Positions 22,964-32,211 of a DNA stretch of 64,000 nucleotides are shown here, in pieces. Each line of letters opens with the position of its first letter. Positions within the stretch are counted from its first letter, which is position 1. The stretch covers positions 128,327 through 192,326 of the forward strand of contig NSIK01000004.1 in assembly GCA_002737345.1 (NCBI GenBank), given 5' to 3'. The notes beneath the pieces were generated by a model that did no database searches, was not told the origin of the DNA, and was given only the letters and a program-made list of their open reading frames with translations. Origin of the DNA: Nitrospirota bacterium. Its GTDB lineage: Bacteria > Nitrospirota > Nitrospiria > Nitrospirales > Nitrospiraceae. A program made the position numbers and the translations under genes.

Positions 22964-24046
22964 ATGATTCTTCTGAATCCTGGGCCAGTCAACGTCAGTG
23001 AGCGGGTGCGGCAGGCTTTGTTGCGTCCGGATATCTGCCATCGGGAATCAGAGTTCACGGAACTCCTCCACGGGATTCAGGCAAAGTTATTGAAACTCTT
23101 TGTGCCGGGCGCGGAATCGGATTATGCCGCCGTGGTGCTGACCGGGTCTGGGACTGCGGCGGTTGAATCGGCTGTCATGTCGTCGCTCCCGCAAGGCAAG
23201 CGGATGCTGGTGCTCAACAACGGCGTCTATGGAGACCGTATCTCCCAGATGATTGGCCTCTACCGGCTGGGCGTGTCTGAACTGAAATACGATTGGACGA
23301 CGAGGCCCGACCCTGAGCGGCTCAGGCTGGCACTCCGGCAACATCCTGAAGTACAAGCCGTGGCGATGGTCCATCATGAGACGACCACCGGCCTCATCAA
23401 TCCGGTCAAGGAAATCGCGGATGTGGTCGATAGCCAGAACCGGGTCTTCATTCTTGACGCGGTCAGCGCCTTGGCGGGCGAGTCGTTGGATATCGCAAGC
23501 CCGCACATCTATATGGTGGCAGGCACATCCGGCAAGTGCATCCAGGGATTCCCTGGCGTGGGCTTCGTGCTCATTCGCAAGGGATTCCTGGAGAAGATGC
23601 GCAGCTACCCCAGGCGGTCGGTTTATCTCCACCTCACGCAATATGTCGATAACCAGGGTGCCGGAACGACTCCCTTCACGCCGGCCGTGCAGATCTATTA
23701 CGCCTTCGACGAAGCCCTGAACGAATTGATGGAGGAGGGCGTCGCCAAGCGGATTCAGCGTTACAAAAACATCGCGACCTTGATCCGTGACCGTATGGCG
23801 AAGCTGGGCGTGAAGCCTGTCCTGACTCCTGACAAACAGTCCAACACGATTACGGCCTACCACCTCCCCGATGGCCTTGCCTATCAGTCCCTGCACGACA
23901 AGCTGAAGGAACAGGGCTACGTGATCTACGCGGGCCAAGGCCAATTCGAGAGCAAAATTTTTCGCGTGGCCAACATGGGCGTCTTGACGGAGCCGCAGAT
24001 CGCCGGATTCCTCGACGCGTTTGAACGGCTCTGTACCAAAGCATGA
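22964..24046 (+). CDS. class V aminotransferase, 2-aminoethylphosphonate:pyruvate transaminase-like
   Basis: N-terminal LLNPGPVNVSERVRQALLRPDICHRESEF and PLP-Lys context TSGKCIQG, as in AEP aminotransferases. Confidence 0.7.
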   Translation: MILLNPGPVNVSERVRQALLRPDICHRESEFTELLHGIQAKLLKLFVPGAESDYAAVVLTGSGTAAVESAVMSSLPQGKRMLVLNNGVYGDRISQMIGLYRLGVSELKYDWTTRPDPERLRLALRQHPEVQAVAMVHHETTTGLINPVKEIADVVDSQNRVFILDAVSALAGESLDIASPHIYMVAGTSGKCIQGFPGVGFVLIRKGFLEKMRSYPRRSVYLHLTQYVDNQGAGTTPFTPAVQIYYAFDEALNELMEEGVAKRIQRYKNIATLIRDRMAKLGVKPVLTPDKQSNTITAYHLPDGLAYQSLHDKLKEQGYVIYAGQGQFESKIFRVANMGVLTEPQIAGFLDAFERLCTKA

Positions 24047-24762
24047 AAGCCATCATCCTTGCGGCCGGGGTCGGGAAGCGTCTGTGGCAGGTCACGCAGC
24101 ACCGGCCCAAATGTCTCATCGAGATCGGCGGGAAGACGCTCCTGCATCGCTACCTCACGTCGCTCCGGAACGTCGGGATCCAGCGTGCCGACATCGTCGT
24201 AGGCTACAAGCAGGAGATGATTCGTGCGGCGGTGGAGGCGGACTCCTGTAACGTGCGCGTGAACTTTCTCGTCAACGAGGAATTCCACCGAGGTAGTATC
24301 TCCTCGCTCTGGATCGCGCGCCATGCGCTGGACGACGATGCGATCGTCATGGATGCGGACGTCCTGTTCCATCAAGAGATTTTGTGCCGCCTGGTGCAGT
24401 CCCCCTCCGCGAACGCGCTGCTCATGGACGAAACCGTCAAGCAGACCGGAGAAGAATGTATGGTCGTGGTTGAGGGAGGGCGCGTGATCGCCCTGACCAA
24501 GAAGATGCCCTCGCGCTACGACTACGCCGGAGAAGGCGTGGGCTTCCTCAAGGTCCGTCATGCCGATGCGCCCTATGTGGTGGCTTCGCTCAAGACCCAT
24601 ATAGACCGTGAAGCCTGGCAGATGGAATATGAGGATGCGCTGGTCGAATTCTTCGCCGACGTCAAAGTCGGACATGAGAAGATCGGCGGGCTCCCCTGGA
24701 CCGAAATCGATTTCCTGGCAGACATAGACAAAGCGGAACGGGACGTGCGGCCCAAACTGTAA
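24043..24762 (+). CDS. LicC/PntC-like nucleotidyl(cytidylyl)transferase
   Basis: AIILAAGVGKRL NTP-binding loop, C-terminal GGLPWTEIDFLADIDKA; ATGA overlap with the transaminase. Confidence 0.75.
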   Translation: MKAIILAAGVGKRLWQVTQHRPKCLIEIGGKTLLHRYLTSLRNVGIQRADIVVGYKQEMIRAAVEADSCNVRVNFLVNEEFHRGSISSLWIARHALDDDAIVMDADVLFHQEILCRLVQSPSANALLMDETVKQTGEECMVVVEGGRVIALTKKMPSRYDYAGEGVGFLKVRHADAPYVVASLKTHIDREAWQMEYEDALVEFFADVKVGHEKIGGLPWTEIDFLADIDKAERDVRPKL

Positions 24763-24831
24763 AGACCGGATAGTGGGATAACGGAGCAAAGGGGATACTG
24801 GCTCTTAGGATGCCTGGGGGAGTGGCAGACC

Positions 24832-26259
24832 ATGAACGAGAGCGCAATTCAGAAACAGCCAGACGTGCAGGGATTGAGCACGGCGATTCTTTTGCCCTCG
24901 GTGAGTCTGTTCGGCGAGCCAGCTGAATTGTATCAAGAGGACGCAGGTCCGCTCACCAGCGTAGTAGGCCTCGGTCTCTTCCATCGGACGGTCCTCACGT
25001 TACAGCGGGCCGGCATCCGGCAGCTCATGGTTCTGGTCGGTTCGGAAGAGGATCAACTCAAACAGGCCTTAGGCAAAGGGCCTCGCGTGACGATCCCCGT
25101 GCGCTGGATGCCGATTCGCGAATTTCCTCTAGACGATGCCCGCACCTGGGAAGCCCTTGCTGCTGAAGTGCGCGGCTTCTGTCTTCTGTCCGGTGTGCAA
25201 GGTGTCTTCTCCTGCCCCTTGATCGAGAGTCTGTGCCGGGAGGTGCAGGAGGGCCAGGCGATCGTCGTCGCCCAGGCCCATCACGAACAAGATCGACAGC
25301 CCCGCCGGTCGAGCCTGCGCGTGAAGGTGCAGGAGGGACGGCTTCTCTCGATGACAGCCAGACAGGACGAGGCTTCGTTGATCGCCACGGATCTCGTCGT
25401 GTTGCCGAGCAGCCTGATGAAGGGTGCAGGGCAGGCAGGTTTGGAGGCAGGTATTGTGCCGGTTCGCCGATGGCTCGAACTGGCCGCAGTGGATGGGCAG
25501 GTGCGAGTTCTATCCACCGAAGCGAACCGGTCCCATTGGTATCAGCCCGTGCGTGAGGCAGCCGATGTGAAGGCTGCCGAGAAGAGGCTCTTGGATTCAC
25601 TCAAGGGCGACTTCGAAGGGTTCGTCGACCGGTTTTTTAATCGCAAAGTCTCCCGCTGGTTCACCAGGCTCTTCCTCGCTTCAGGCCTCTCGCCGAACGC
25701 TATTACGATGATCGCGACGGTGGTCGGGCTGGTCTCAGCCGCTGGCTTTGGCCTCGGAACCTATAGTGCTGGCATCGTGGCAGCGTTGTTGTTTCAGCTC
25801 GCGGCGGTCATTGACTGTTGCGATGGAGAAGTGGCGAGGCTGACTTTTACCGAATCGCCCTTCGGGGCCTGGCTCGATATCGCGATGGACAACGTGGTGC
25901 ATATGGGGATCTTCGGGGGCATCGCAGTGGGCTCTTACCTGCGTCTGGCAGGGAGCGAGGGCGCCTGGATTCCCCTGGCTCTTGGGGCTGCGGCGATCCT
26001 GGGCAATGGACTCTCGTTCTGGTTCGTGACGCTCGCACAGAAGATTAAATCGGCGAATCGCTGGAAGACCCCTGTGCAGGCAGCCTGGGCCGACTTCATG
26101 CTCAAGAACGTCGCGAGCCGCGATTTTTCCGTCGTCATGCTGCTCTTCGCGATCCTGGGCAAGCTGCACTGGTTCCTCTGGATGGCGTCAATCGGATCCG
26201 TGCTGTTCTCCTGCTTGATGCTCTGGGTAATCAGACCTTCCGCCATTACCAGTGTTTAG
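24832..26259 (+). CDS. fusion of a degenerate nucleotidyltransferase-like domain with a CDP-alcohol phosphatidyltransferase domain
   Basis: C-terminal DCCDGEVARLTFTESPFGAWLDIAMDNVVH matches D-G-x2-A-R-x8-G-x3-D-x3-D; the N-terminal ~250 aa have the fold-like pattern but AILLPSVSLFGEP replaces the GxGxR loop. Confidence 0.75.
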   Translation: MNESAIQKQPDVQGLSTAILLPSVSLFGEPAELYQEDAGPLTSVVGLGLFHRTVLTLQRAGIRQLMVLVGSEEDQLKQALGKGPRVTIPVRWMPIREFPLDDARTWEALAAEVRGFCLLSGVQGVFSCPLIESLCREVQEGQAIVVAQAHHEQDRQPRRSSLRVKVQEGRLLSMTARQDEASLIATDLVVLPSSLMKGAGQAGLEAGIVPVRRWLELAAVDGQVRVLSTEANRSHWYQPVREAADVKAAEKRLLDSLKGDFEGFVDRFFNRKVSRWFTRLFLASGLSPNAITMIATVVGLVSAAGFGLGTYSAGIVAALLFQLAAVIDCCDGEVARLTFTESPFGAWLDIAMDNVVHMGIFGGIAVGSYLRLAGSEGAWIPLALGAAAILGNGLSFWFVTLAQKIKSANRWKTPVQAAWADFMLKNVASRDFSVVMLLFAILGKLHWFLWMASIGSVLFSCLMLWVIRPSAITSV

Positions 26260-27277
26260 AATCTTTCTACTCATCGTCGGTCTCCTCACCCTTGGCCTTA
26301 TTGTCTGGCATATCGGGCCCGGGCAGATCTATGCAGCGGCGGCGCAGCTTGGTCCTGCTGCGCTGCTGGTCATGCTGATTCCGTCCCTCATCATGTATGC
26401 GATCGACGCCTACGGGTGGAAAGTCACGCTGGGGTTCTCGGCCAAGGATATTCCATTCTGGCGCATCTTCGCGATCAGGACGGCCGGGGAAGTGGTGAAC
26501 ATGACTACCCCGACCGCCTATGTCGGAGGCGAGCCGCTCAAGGCCTATCTGCTTAAGAAACATAAAGTGCCGATGGTGGAGGGGCTGGCCTCGGTGATTA
26601 TTGCAAAAACGGCGATGACGATTGCGGAAGTCCTCTTCATTCTGCTCGGTATCGCGCTGGGCGTGTGGCTGTTGGGCGGGAATGATTCATCCGTCCAGAC
26701 CGTGGCAGCGGCGCTCTTGAGCGTGGGCCTGCTGGCTTTCGGGACGGCGGCCTTCGTGTTCGTGCAGCGGCAAGGGGTCTTTACCTGGCTCTTGGAATTT
26801 CTGCGGAAGGTCGGGCTGAAGATTGCTTATCTGGAAGCGCGAGAGGAGCAGTTACAGTCGCTGGATCGCACGATCCTGGATTTCTACCACCAGAAACGTC
26901 CGGTCTTTTATGCCTCCACCGGGCTGTTCTTTCTCGGTTGGATGGCGGAAGCGTTGGAAGTCTACGTCATCATCTATTATCTCGGCGGCCCCCCCATGGC
27001 CCTTTCCGCCATCTCCATCGGTGCCCTCTCTGTCTTCATCAAGGGCGGCACCTTCTTCATCCCAGGCAGCCTCGGCGCCCAAGACGGCGGCAATGTATTG
27101 CTCCTCAAGGCCTTCGGTTACAGCGACGTCACCGGGATCACCTTCGCGCTGCTCCGGCGGTTCCGCGAATTGGTCTGGATTGGATTGGGGTTACTTTGTC
27201 TGACTTTCGTCGGCGGGCGATCAGTGGCAATTCAAGAAGATCTCACTCGCGACTCAGGAAATGAGAGGGCGGACTAG
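26252..27277 (+). CDS. flippase-like / lysyl-PG-synthase TM-region family membrane protein
   Basis: About 8 TM helices; GTG start overlaps the upstream stop; family assignment from memory of the UPF0104/TIGR00374 pattern. Confidence 0.6.
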   Translation: MFRIFLLIVGLLTLGLIVWHIGPGQIYAAAAQLGPAALLVMLIPSLIMYAIDAYGWKVTLGFSAKDIPFWRIFAIRTAGEVVNMTTPTAYVGGEPLKAYLLKKHKVPMVEGLASVIIAKTAMTIAEVLFILLGIALGVWLLGGNDSSVQTVAAALLSVGLLAFGTAAFVFVQRQGVFTWLLEFLRKVGLKIAYLEAREEQLQSLDRTILDFYHQKRPVFYASTGLFFLGWMAEALEVYVIIYYLGGPPMALSAISIGALSVFIKGGTFFIPGSLGAQDGGNVLLLKAFGYSDVTGITFALLRRFRELVWIGLGLLCLTFVGGRSVAIQEDLTRDSGNERAD

Positions 27278-27354
27278 CCGGTCTCTTGTGCTCGTGCAAC
27301 GCGCGGCCCCTGAAGGCCCTCGCTTGATTTACAAGCGAACAGCGGGTTGTTAGT

Positions 27355-29370
27355 ATGCCGCCCGTGAAACACCTTGCAGTCTTTATCTGGGGCCTGGTCG
27401 GCATTCTCGGTGCTGTCGCCCTTGCCTTCGTCACCGGTCTCGTTAATCCACAGGAAAAAGTAAATGGGCTCTGGCTGGTCGTGGCTGCTGCCTGTATCTA
27501 TGTCCTCGCCTTCCGCTTCTATGGCCGCTGGATTTCACAGCGCGTGGTGGAGCTGAACGATCAGCGGGTCACGCCGGCTGTGCGGCTGAACGACGGAGTC
27601 AATTTTCATCCCACCAATAAGTATGTCCTGTTCGGCCATCACTTCGCAGCGATTGCCGGAGCGGGCCCCTTGCTGGGTCCGGTCCTGGCGGCGCAGTTCG
27701 GATTTCTGCCGGGCTTTCTCTGGCTGGTGATTGGAGCTGTGTTGGGCGGGGCCGTGCAGGACTTCATCATCCTGGTGGCCTCGATGAGACGGAATGGCCG
27801 CTCACTACCCGAAATTGCACATGACGAACTGGGTCTTGTCACTGGCACGGCGACGGCCGTGGCGGTCCTTTTTATCGTGGTGGTAGCGCTGGCAGGGCTG
27901 GGCTTTGCCGTGGTGAATGCGCTCTATCGCAATGCCTGGGGCACCTTCACGATTGTCATGACGATTCCCATTGGTTTTCTGATGGGATTCTATCTGCAAA
28001 AGTTCCGACCAGGCCGGGTGGCAGAAGTGTCCTTGATCGGCGTGGTGCTGTTGGTGGCAGCTGTGATCTTTGGGCGGGTGGTCGCTCAATCTTCTATTGC
28101 CGGCTGGTTCGAGTTCGAGCGCACGACTCTGGTATGGGGCCTGGCAGGCTACGGGTTTCTCGCGTCAGTGTTGCCTGGTTGGATGCTCCTGGTCCCTCGC
28201 GGTTATCTCTCTACCTTTATGAAGCTGGGCGTGGTGGCTTTGCTGGGAGTGGGAGTGATTCTCATGGCGCCGACGATCGAAATGCCGCGCGTCACGATCT
28301 TCGCCAGCGGAAGTGGCCCGATTATTCCCGGCACGCTCTTTCCCTTTCTCTTTATCACCATTGCCTGCGGGGCCGTGTCCGGCTTTCATTCGCTGGTCTC
28401 GTCCGGGACCACGCCGAAGATGATCGAGCGGGAATCCCAGGCCACGGTCGGCTATGGAGCGATGTTGCTGGAAAGTTTTGTCGGAGTGATGGCGCTCATT
28501 GCGGCCTCGGTGTTGATCCCCGGCGATTATCTGGCGATCAATACGATGCTCTCGCCGGATGCGCTGGATGCGATGGGATTTCCTGTTTCGCGGATTCAGG
28601 AGCTGTCGCAACTGGTCGAGGTGGATGTGGCTGGCAGGCCTGGCGGAGCCGTGTCCCTGGCGGTCGGCATGGCCTCGATCTTTGCGGCGCTGCCAGGCAT
28701 GGCCGGTTTGATGGCCTATTGGTATCAGTTCGCATTGGTGTTCGAGGCCCTGTTCATTTTGACGACGATCGATACAGGCACGAGGGTGGGACGTTATCTC
28801 ATTCAAGAGATGGGCGGACGTTTCTATGCACCGTTGGGGAAAATGAACTGGTGGCCCGGTGTGATGGTGAGTAGTGGGTTAATCGTGGGGGCCTGGGCCT
28901 ATCTCATCGGCACCGGCAGCATCTCGACGCTCTGGCCGATGTTCGGGGCGGCGAATCAGTTGCTCGGCACCTTGGCCCTCTGCATCGGGACGACGGTGCT
29001 CATCAAGATGAAGAAGCCGCAATATCTCTGGATCACGGCTTTGCCGATGTTGTTCGTCGGGGCCGTCACCCTGGTCGGGTCCTATGAGATGTTTGGTCTG
29101 TTCGTGACCAAGGCCTCCGCCACTGTTGACGGTGTGCAGGCCTTTGCCCTCTATCTGGACGCAGCGCTGGTGGCGGCGGTGGCCTTGCTCGCGGTGATCG
29201 TCTTGAGCGATAGTATCAGGCAGTGGTATGGCTATGTGATCTTGAAGCGGCCTTTCACCAGCAGTGAAGTCGTGGTGATGGCAGGTGGGGGAACGCCAGG
29301 ACGATTGCAGACGACGGTTCGCCAGGATGAAGCAAAGCGATTGCATTTACCGGGCGGCGGCTGCTGTTAA
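27355..29370 (+). CDS. cstA: carbon starvation protein A family transporter
   Basis: FGHHFAAIAGAGPLLGPVLAAQFG signature, about 16 TM helices, 671 aa. Confidence 0.9.
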   Translation: MPPVKHLAVFIWGLVGILGAVALAFVTGLVNPQEKVNGLWLVVAAACIYVLAFRFYGRWISQRVVELNDQRVTPAVRLNDGVNFHPTNKYVLFGHHFAAIAGAGPLLGPVLAAQFGFLPGFLWLVIGAVLGGAVQDFIILVASMRRNGRSLPEIAHDELGLVTGTATAVAVLFIVVVALAGLGFAVVNALYRNAWGTFTIVMTIPIGFLMGFYLQKFRPGRVAEVSLIGVVLLVAAVIFGRVVAQSSIAGWFEFERTTLVWGLAGYGFLASVLPGWMLLVPRGYLSTFMKLGVVALLGVGVILMAPTIEMPRVTIFASGSGPIIPGTLFPFLFITIACGAVSGFHSLVSSGTTPKMIERESQATVGYGAMLLESFVGVMALIAASVLIPGDYLAINTMLSPDALDAMGFPVSRIQELSQLVEVDVAGRPGGAVSLAVGMASIFAALPGMAGLMAYWYQFALVFEALFILTTIDTGTRVGRYLIQEMGGRFYAPLGKMNWWPGVMVSSGLIVGAWAYLIGTGSISTLWPMFGAANQLLGTLALCIGTTVLIKMKKPQYLWITALPMLFVGAVTLVGSYEMFGLFVTKASATVDGVQAFALYLDAALVAAVALLAVIVLSDSIRQWYGYVILKRPFTSSEVVVMAGGGTPGRLQTTVRQDEAKRLHLPGGGCC

Positions 29371-29408
29371 GTAGGTAGCAGGAGAAGCGAGAGAAGCGGA
29401 GGGGAATT

Positions 29409-29906
29409 ATGGCTGAGCAATTTTCGTTCGATGTGGTGTCGGAAGTGGATATGCAAGAGATGAAGAATGTCGTCGATCAGGCCTCGAAGGAGGTGAAGCA
29501 GCGGTTCGACTTCAAGGACTCGAAGACCGAAATCACCTTGAAGGAGAAAGAGAAAGAGCTGTCTCTAGTCTCCGACGACGAGTACAAGCTCAATGCGGTG
29601 ATCGACATTATCAAGGCTAAGTGTGTGAAGCGCGGGGTCTCGCTGAAGGCCTTCGACTATGGGACCATCGAAGCGGCGCTGGGCGGGACGGTGCGCCAGG
29701 TGGCGAAGATTCAAAGCGGGATCGCGGCGGACAAGGCGAAGGAAGTCACGAAGGCCATGAAAGAGTCCAAGCTGAAAGTGCAGGCGCAGATCCAAGGCGA
29801 GCAGGTGCGCGTGCTGAGCAAGAGCAAGGACGACCTCCAGGCTGCCATGGCCTTTCTCAAGGGGCAGGATTTCGGGATTGATCTGCAGTTCACCAACTAC
29901 CGCTAG
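29409..29906 (+). CDS. yajQ: YajQ family nucleotide-binding protein (UPF0234)
   Basis: N-terminal SFDVVSEVDMQEMKNVVDQASKEVKQRFDFK is typical of YajQ. Confidence 0.85.
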   Translation: MAEQFSFDVVSEVDMQEMKNVVDQASKEVKQRFDFKDSKTEITLKEKEKELSLVSDDEYKLNAVIDIIKAKCVKRGVSLKAFDYGTIEAALGGTVRQVAKIQSGIAADKAKEVTKAMKESKLKVQAQIQGEQVRVLSKSKDDLQAAMAFLKGQDFGIDLQFTNYR

Positions 29907-29909
29907 GGC

Positions 29910-30031
29910 AGGATGCTGAAACAGGCCACCAGCTTCGTTCTCGGGTCGAAATAATCCTCAACGTACCCAGAGGGTACGCCTCCGGTTATTTCTCCCCTGC
30001 GGCCTCGCTGGATGACTTGCTTGAGCATCCT
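29910..30031 (+). repeat. ~120-nt dispersed palindromic element (copy C)
   Basis: AGGATGCT...AGCATCCT perfect 8-bp termini; central CGTACCC-AGAG-GGTACG hairpin; begins 4 nt after the yajQ stop. Confidence 0.85.
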
Positions 30032-30045
30032 GTAGGGCTTTGTGC

Positions 30046-31074
30046 ATGACTAGACTTTCCCTCCTCGCGTTTCTCCTCGCCGTTTTCCTCGCTGGCTGCA
30101 ATCGCAGCGATGCGATTGTGGTGATCCAGCTCCATCCGAAGAATCCTGACATCATCTACGTCGCGACGAACGACTACATCTATAAGACGCGTGATGGGGG
30201 CAAGACCTGGACAAATCTTTCTCATGGCATGAGCCACTCGCGCGTGATTTCGATGACGCTCGATCCGGTCTATCCTGCCACGGTCTATGCCGGCACGAAG
30301 GGCGATGCGGTGTACAAGAGTTACGACGGTGGGCAGCGCTGGGTTTCGCAACAAGCCGGCCTGGACGATGTGACGGTCTCCTCCGTGGTCAATCAGTTCG
30401 TCTTCGATCCGGCTGACAATAGCCATCTCTTCGCTGCGACGACGATGGGCGTGTTTGAAACAAAGAATGCCGGCGACAGTTGGACGAAGCGGATGGAAGG
30501 CATGAAGGAAGTGTTGATGGTGGTGACGCTCGGCCTGGACCCGACGAGGCCCGAGATTCTCTATGCCGGTACGAGCGGCGGCGTTTATAAATCCATCGAT
30601 CAGGCGGGCCATTGGGAAAAGGTGAATAACGGATTGGTGGACCCGGCCATCATCAAGTCGTCGCGCGCCTTGAACGTCACGGCGATTCTGGTCGATCCCC
30701 ATGAGCCGGATAAGGTCTATGCCGCGACGCTTGCAGGACTCTATAAGACGACGGATGGAGCTGTCTCATGGGCGCGCATCGGCCAGTCTCTGCAGGATCA
30801 AATGGTGTTTTCGATGATCCTCGATCGGACAAGAAAGGGCGTGATTTATTTGAGTGGGAGAGAAGGAGTTCACCGGAGCGAAGACGGAGGCGATACCTGG
30901 ACCATGATGAATAAAGGGCTGGCGACGTTGAACGTACGGTCTCTCGCGCAGAGTTTCACCGATCCAAAATTATTGTATCTCGGGACGAACGGGAGCGGCC
31001 TGTATCGCAGCAAGGATGCGGGTGAGACGTGGGAGCCGATGCCGCCGGTTGTGGCAGATTCGCCGCGCGGGTGA
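30046..31074 (+). CDS. BNR/Asp-box repeat beta-propeller lipoprotein
   Basis: Lipobox FLAGC; seven SxDxGxTW-type Asp-boxes (TRDGGKTW, SYDGGQRW, TKNAGDSW, SIDQAGHW, TTDGAVSW, SEDGGDTW, SKDAGETW). Confidence 0.8.
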   Translation: MTRLSLLAFLLAVFLAGCNRSDAIVVIQLHPKNPDIIYVATNDYIYKTRDGGKTWTNLSHGMSHSRVISMTLDPVYPATVYAGTKGDAVYKSYDGGQRWVSQQAGLDDVTVSSVVNQFVFDPADNSHLFAATTMGVFETKNAGDSWTKRMEGMKEVLMVVTLGLDPTRPEILYAGTSGGVYKSIDQAGHWEKVNNGLVDPAIIKSSRALNVTAILVDPHEPDKVYAATLAGLYKTTDGAVSWARIGQSLQDQMVFSMILDRTRKGVIYLSGREGVHRSEDGGDTWTMMNKGLATLNVRSLAQSFTDPKLLYLGTNGSGLYRSKDAGETWEPMPPVVADSPRG

Positions 31075-31706
31075 TGGCCTAAGACGCTACTGCTGCGGGC
31101 CTGTTGGGCGTTCTTGCAGGCTGGAGCCAACCGTCGAACGTTAGAGCGATGAATTCACACCAGACAAGGTCTCGTTGTTGAGCGTTGATTCTCCGATCGC
31201 GGAGCCTGCTCGTCCGGTAGTCCCAATGTCTCTGCTGCTTTTCGGTGAGACTCCAATAGCCTGACTGGTCCGTCCCTCGCTGCGTCTTGCAGATCCAGCC
31301 CTCGGTATTTTCTCAATGTTCGGTCTCACGGCTGGCGTTGCGTCCATATCCCTGCCAGTCCTGGAGTTACCAGGTAGCTGTGGCGCGCGAATGTCCCGGT
31401 CGATTGATTCTTCAAGCTCTTGTATCTTGCGGATCTCACGTCCTCTCTTCAGCATTTGCCTGCCCGAGCCAGCCTGACGATTCGCTGATTTGTTCCAGTC
31501 TGGCGCGCAAGATTTTGAAATTGGCGCTGGCCTTGGCCGCAGGCGTAATCAGCTTGCGAAGCATGATGCCTCTGCTGCTAGGGCATCATTGGAAAGACTG
31601 GCTTGCGTCGTAGCTAGCAGCTCTCCCACGTCATTCTCCTGCTCTTCAATCTGCTGCAGTTCGCCCGGATCGGTCTTGCAGTAAGCGAGAAAGAGGCGAT
31701 ACTGGC

Positions 31707-32000
31707 TCAGAAAGGTCGAGACCTCGCGCGGCAGATTTTCAACTTTAAAATCGTGGGGCTGTTGGTCGCTCGCAGCTGGTTCGCCTGTTTGTTATGTCGT
31801 CCCTGTTTTATTTTTTCAACGAGCGGCACGCATCCAGGGCCTTTGACGGGAGAATATTGTTGATTGGATTTTTGATCGGGGCGCCAACAGAGCGGTGATG
31901 CGGCTGACGCTGTCCTAATAGTAGTCCCGCTGCACGTCAGGATAACGGTTCCCATGAAAAGGCTAAGGAGGAAGCTGGTGGCTGTTCTGAGCAAAGACAT
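31707..32000 (-). CDS. possible small secreted protein (weak call)
   Basis: GGGAGG upstream of ATG 32000 and a hydrophobic N-terminus, but the composition is atypical and the ORF lies in a region that looks decayed. Confidence 0.3.
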   Translation of the reverse strand: MSLLRTATSFLLSLFMGTVILTCSGTTIRTASAASPLCWRPDQKSNQQYSPVKGPGCVPLVEKIKQGRHNKQANQLRATNSPTILKLKICRARSRPF

Positions 32001-32149
32001 GAAATCATTTTCCTCCCGAATCCGCAGCCATATTTAGTTAGCAGGATCTGGGTGGAAAAAATGTGCAGTCACTTCTTATCCACAGAGCAGGGGTTATTAG
32101 GGCTAAACGGAAGGGGGCCTCAGGGCCTCGTAAGTACATGAATTTCCTA

Positions 32150-32177
32150 TTGACAAGTCTTTGCGCGGGTGTATACT
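32150..32177 (+). promoter_or_regulatory. dcw cluster promoter (TTGACA-16-TATACT)
   Basis: Consensus -35 and near-consensus -10, 40 nt upstream of rsmH ATG 32217. Confidence 0.6.
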
Positions 32178-32186
32178 CCCCAATAT

Positions 32187-32211
32187 GTGGGAGAAAGTGG
32201 GTGGCTTTGGT
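32187..32211 (+). promoter_or_regulatory. MraZ-box-like direct repeats GTGGG-N5-GTGGG-N5-TTGGT
   Basis: Three pentamers with exact 10-nt phasing immediately downstream of the -10 element. Confidence 0.45.
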
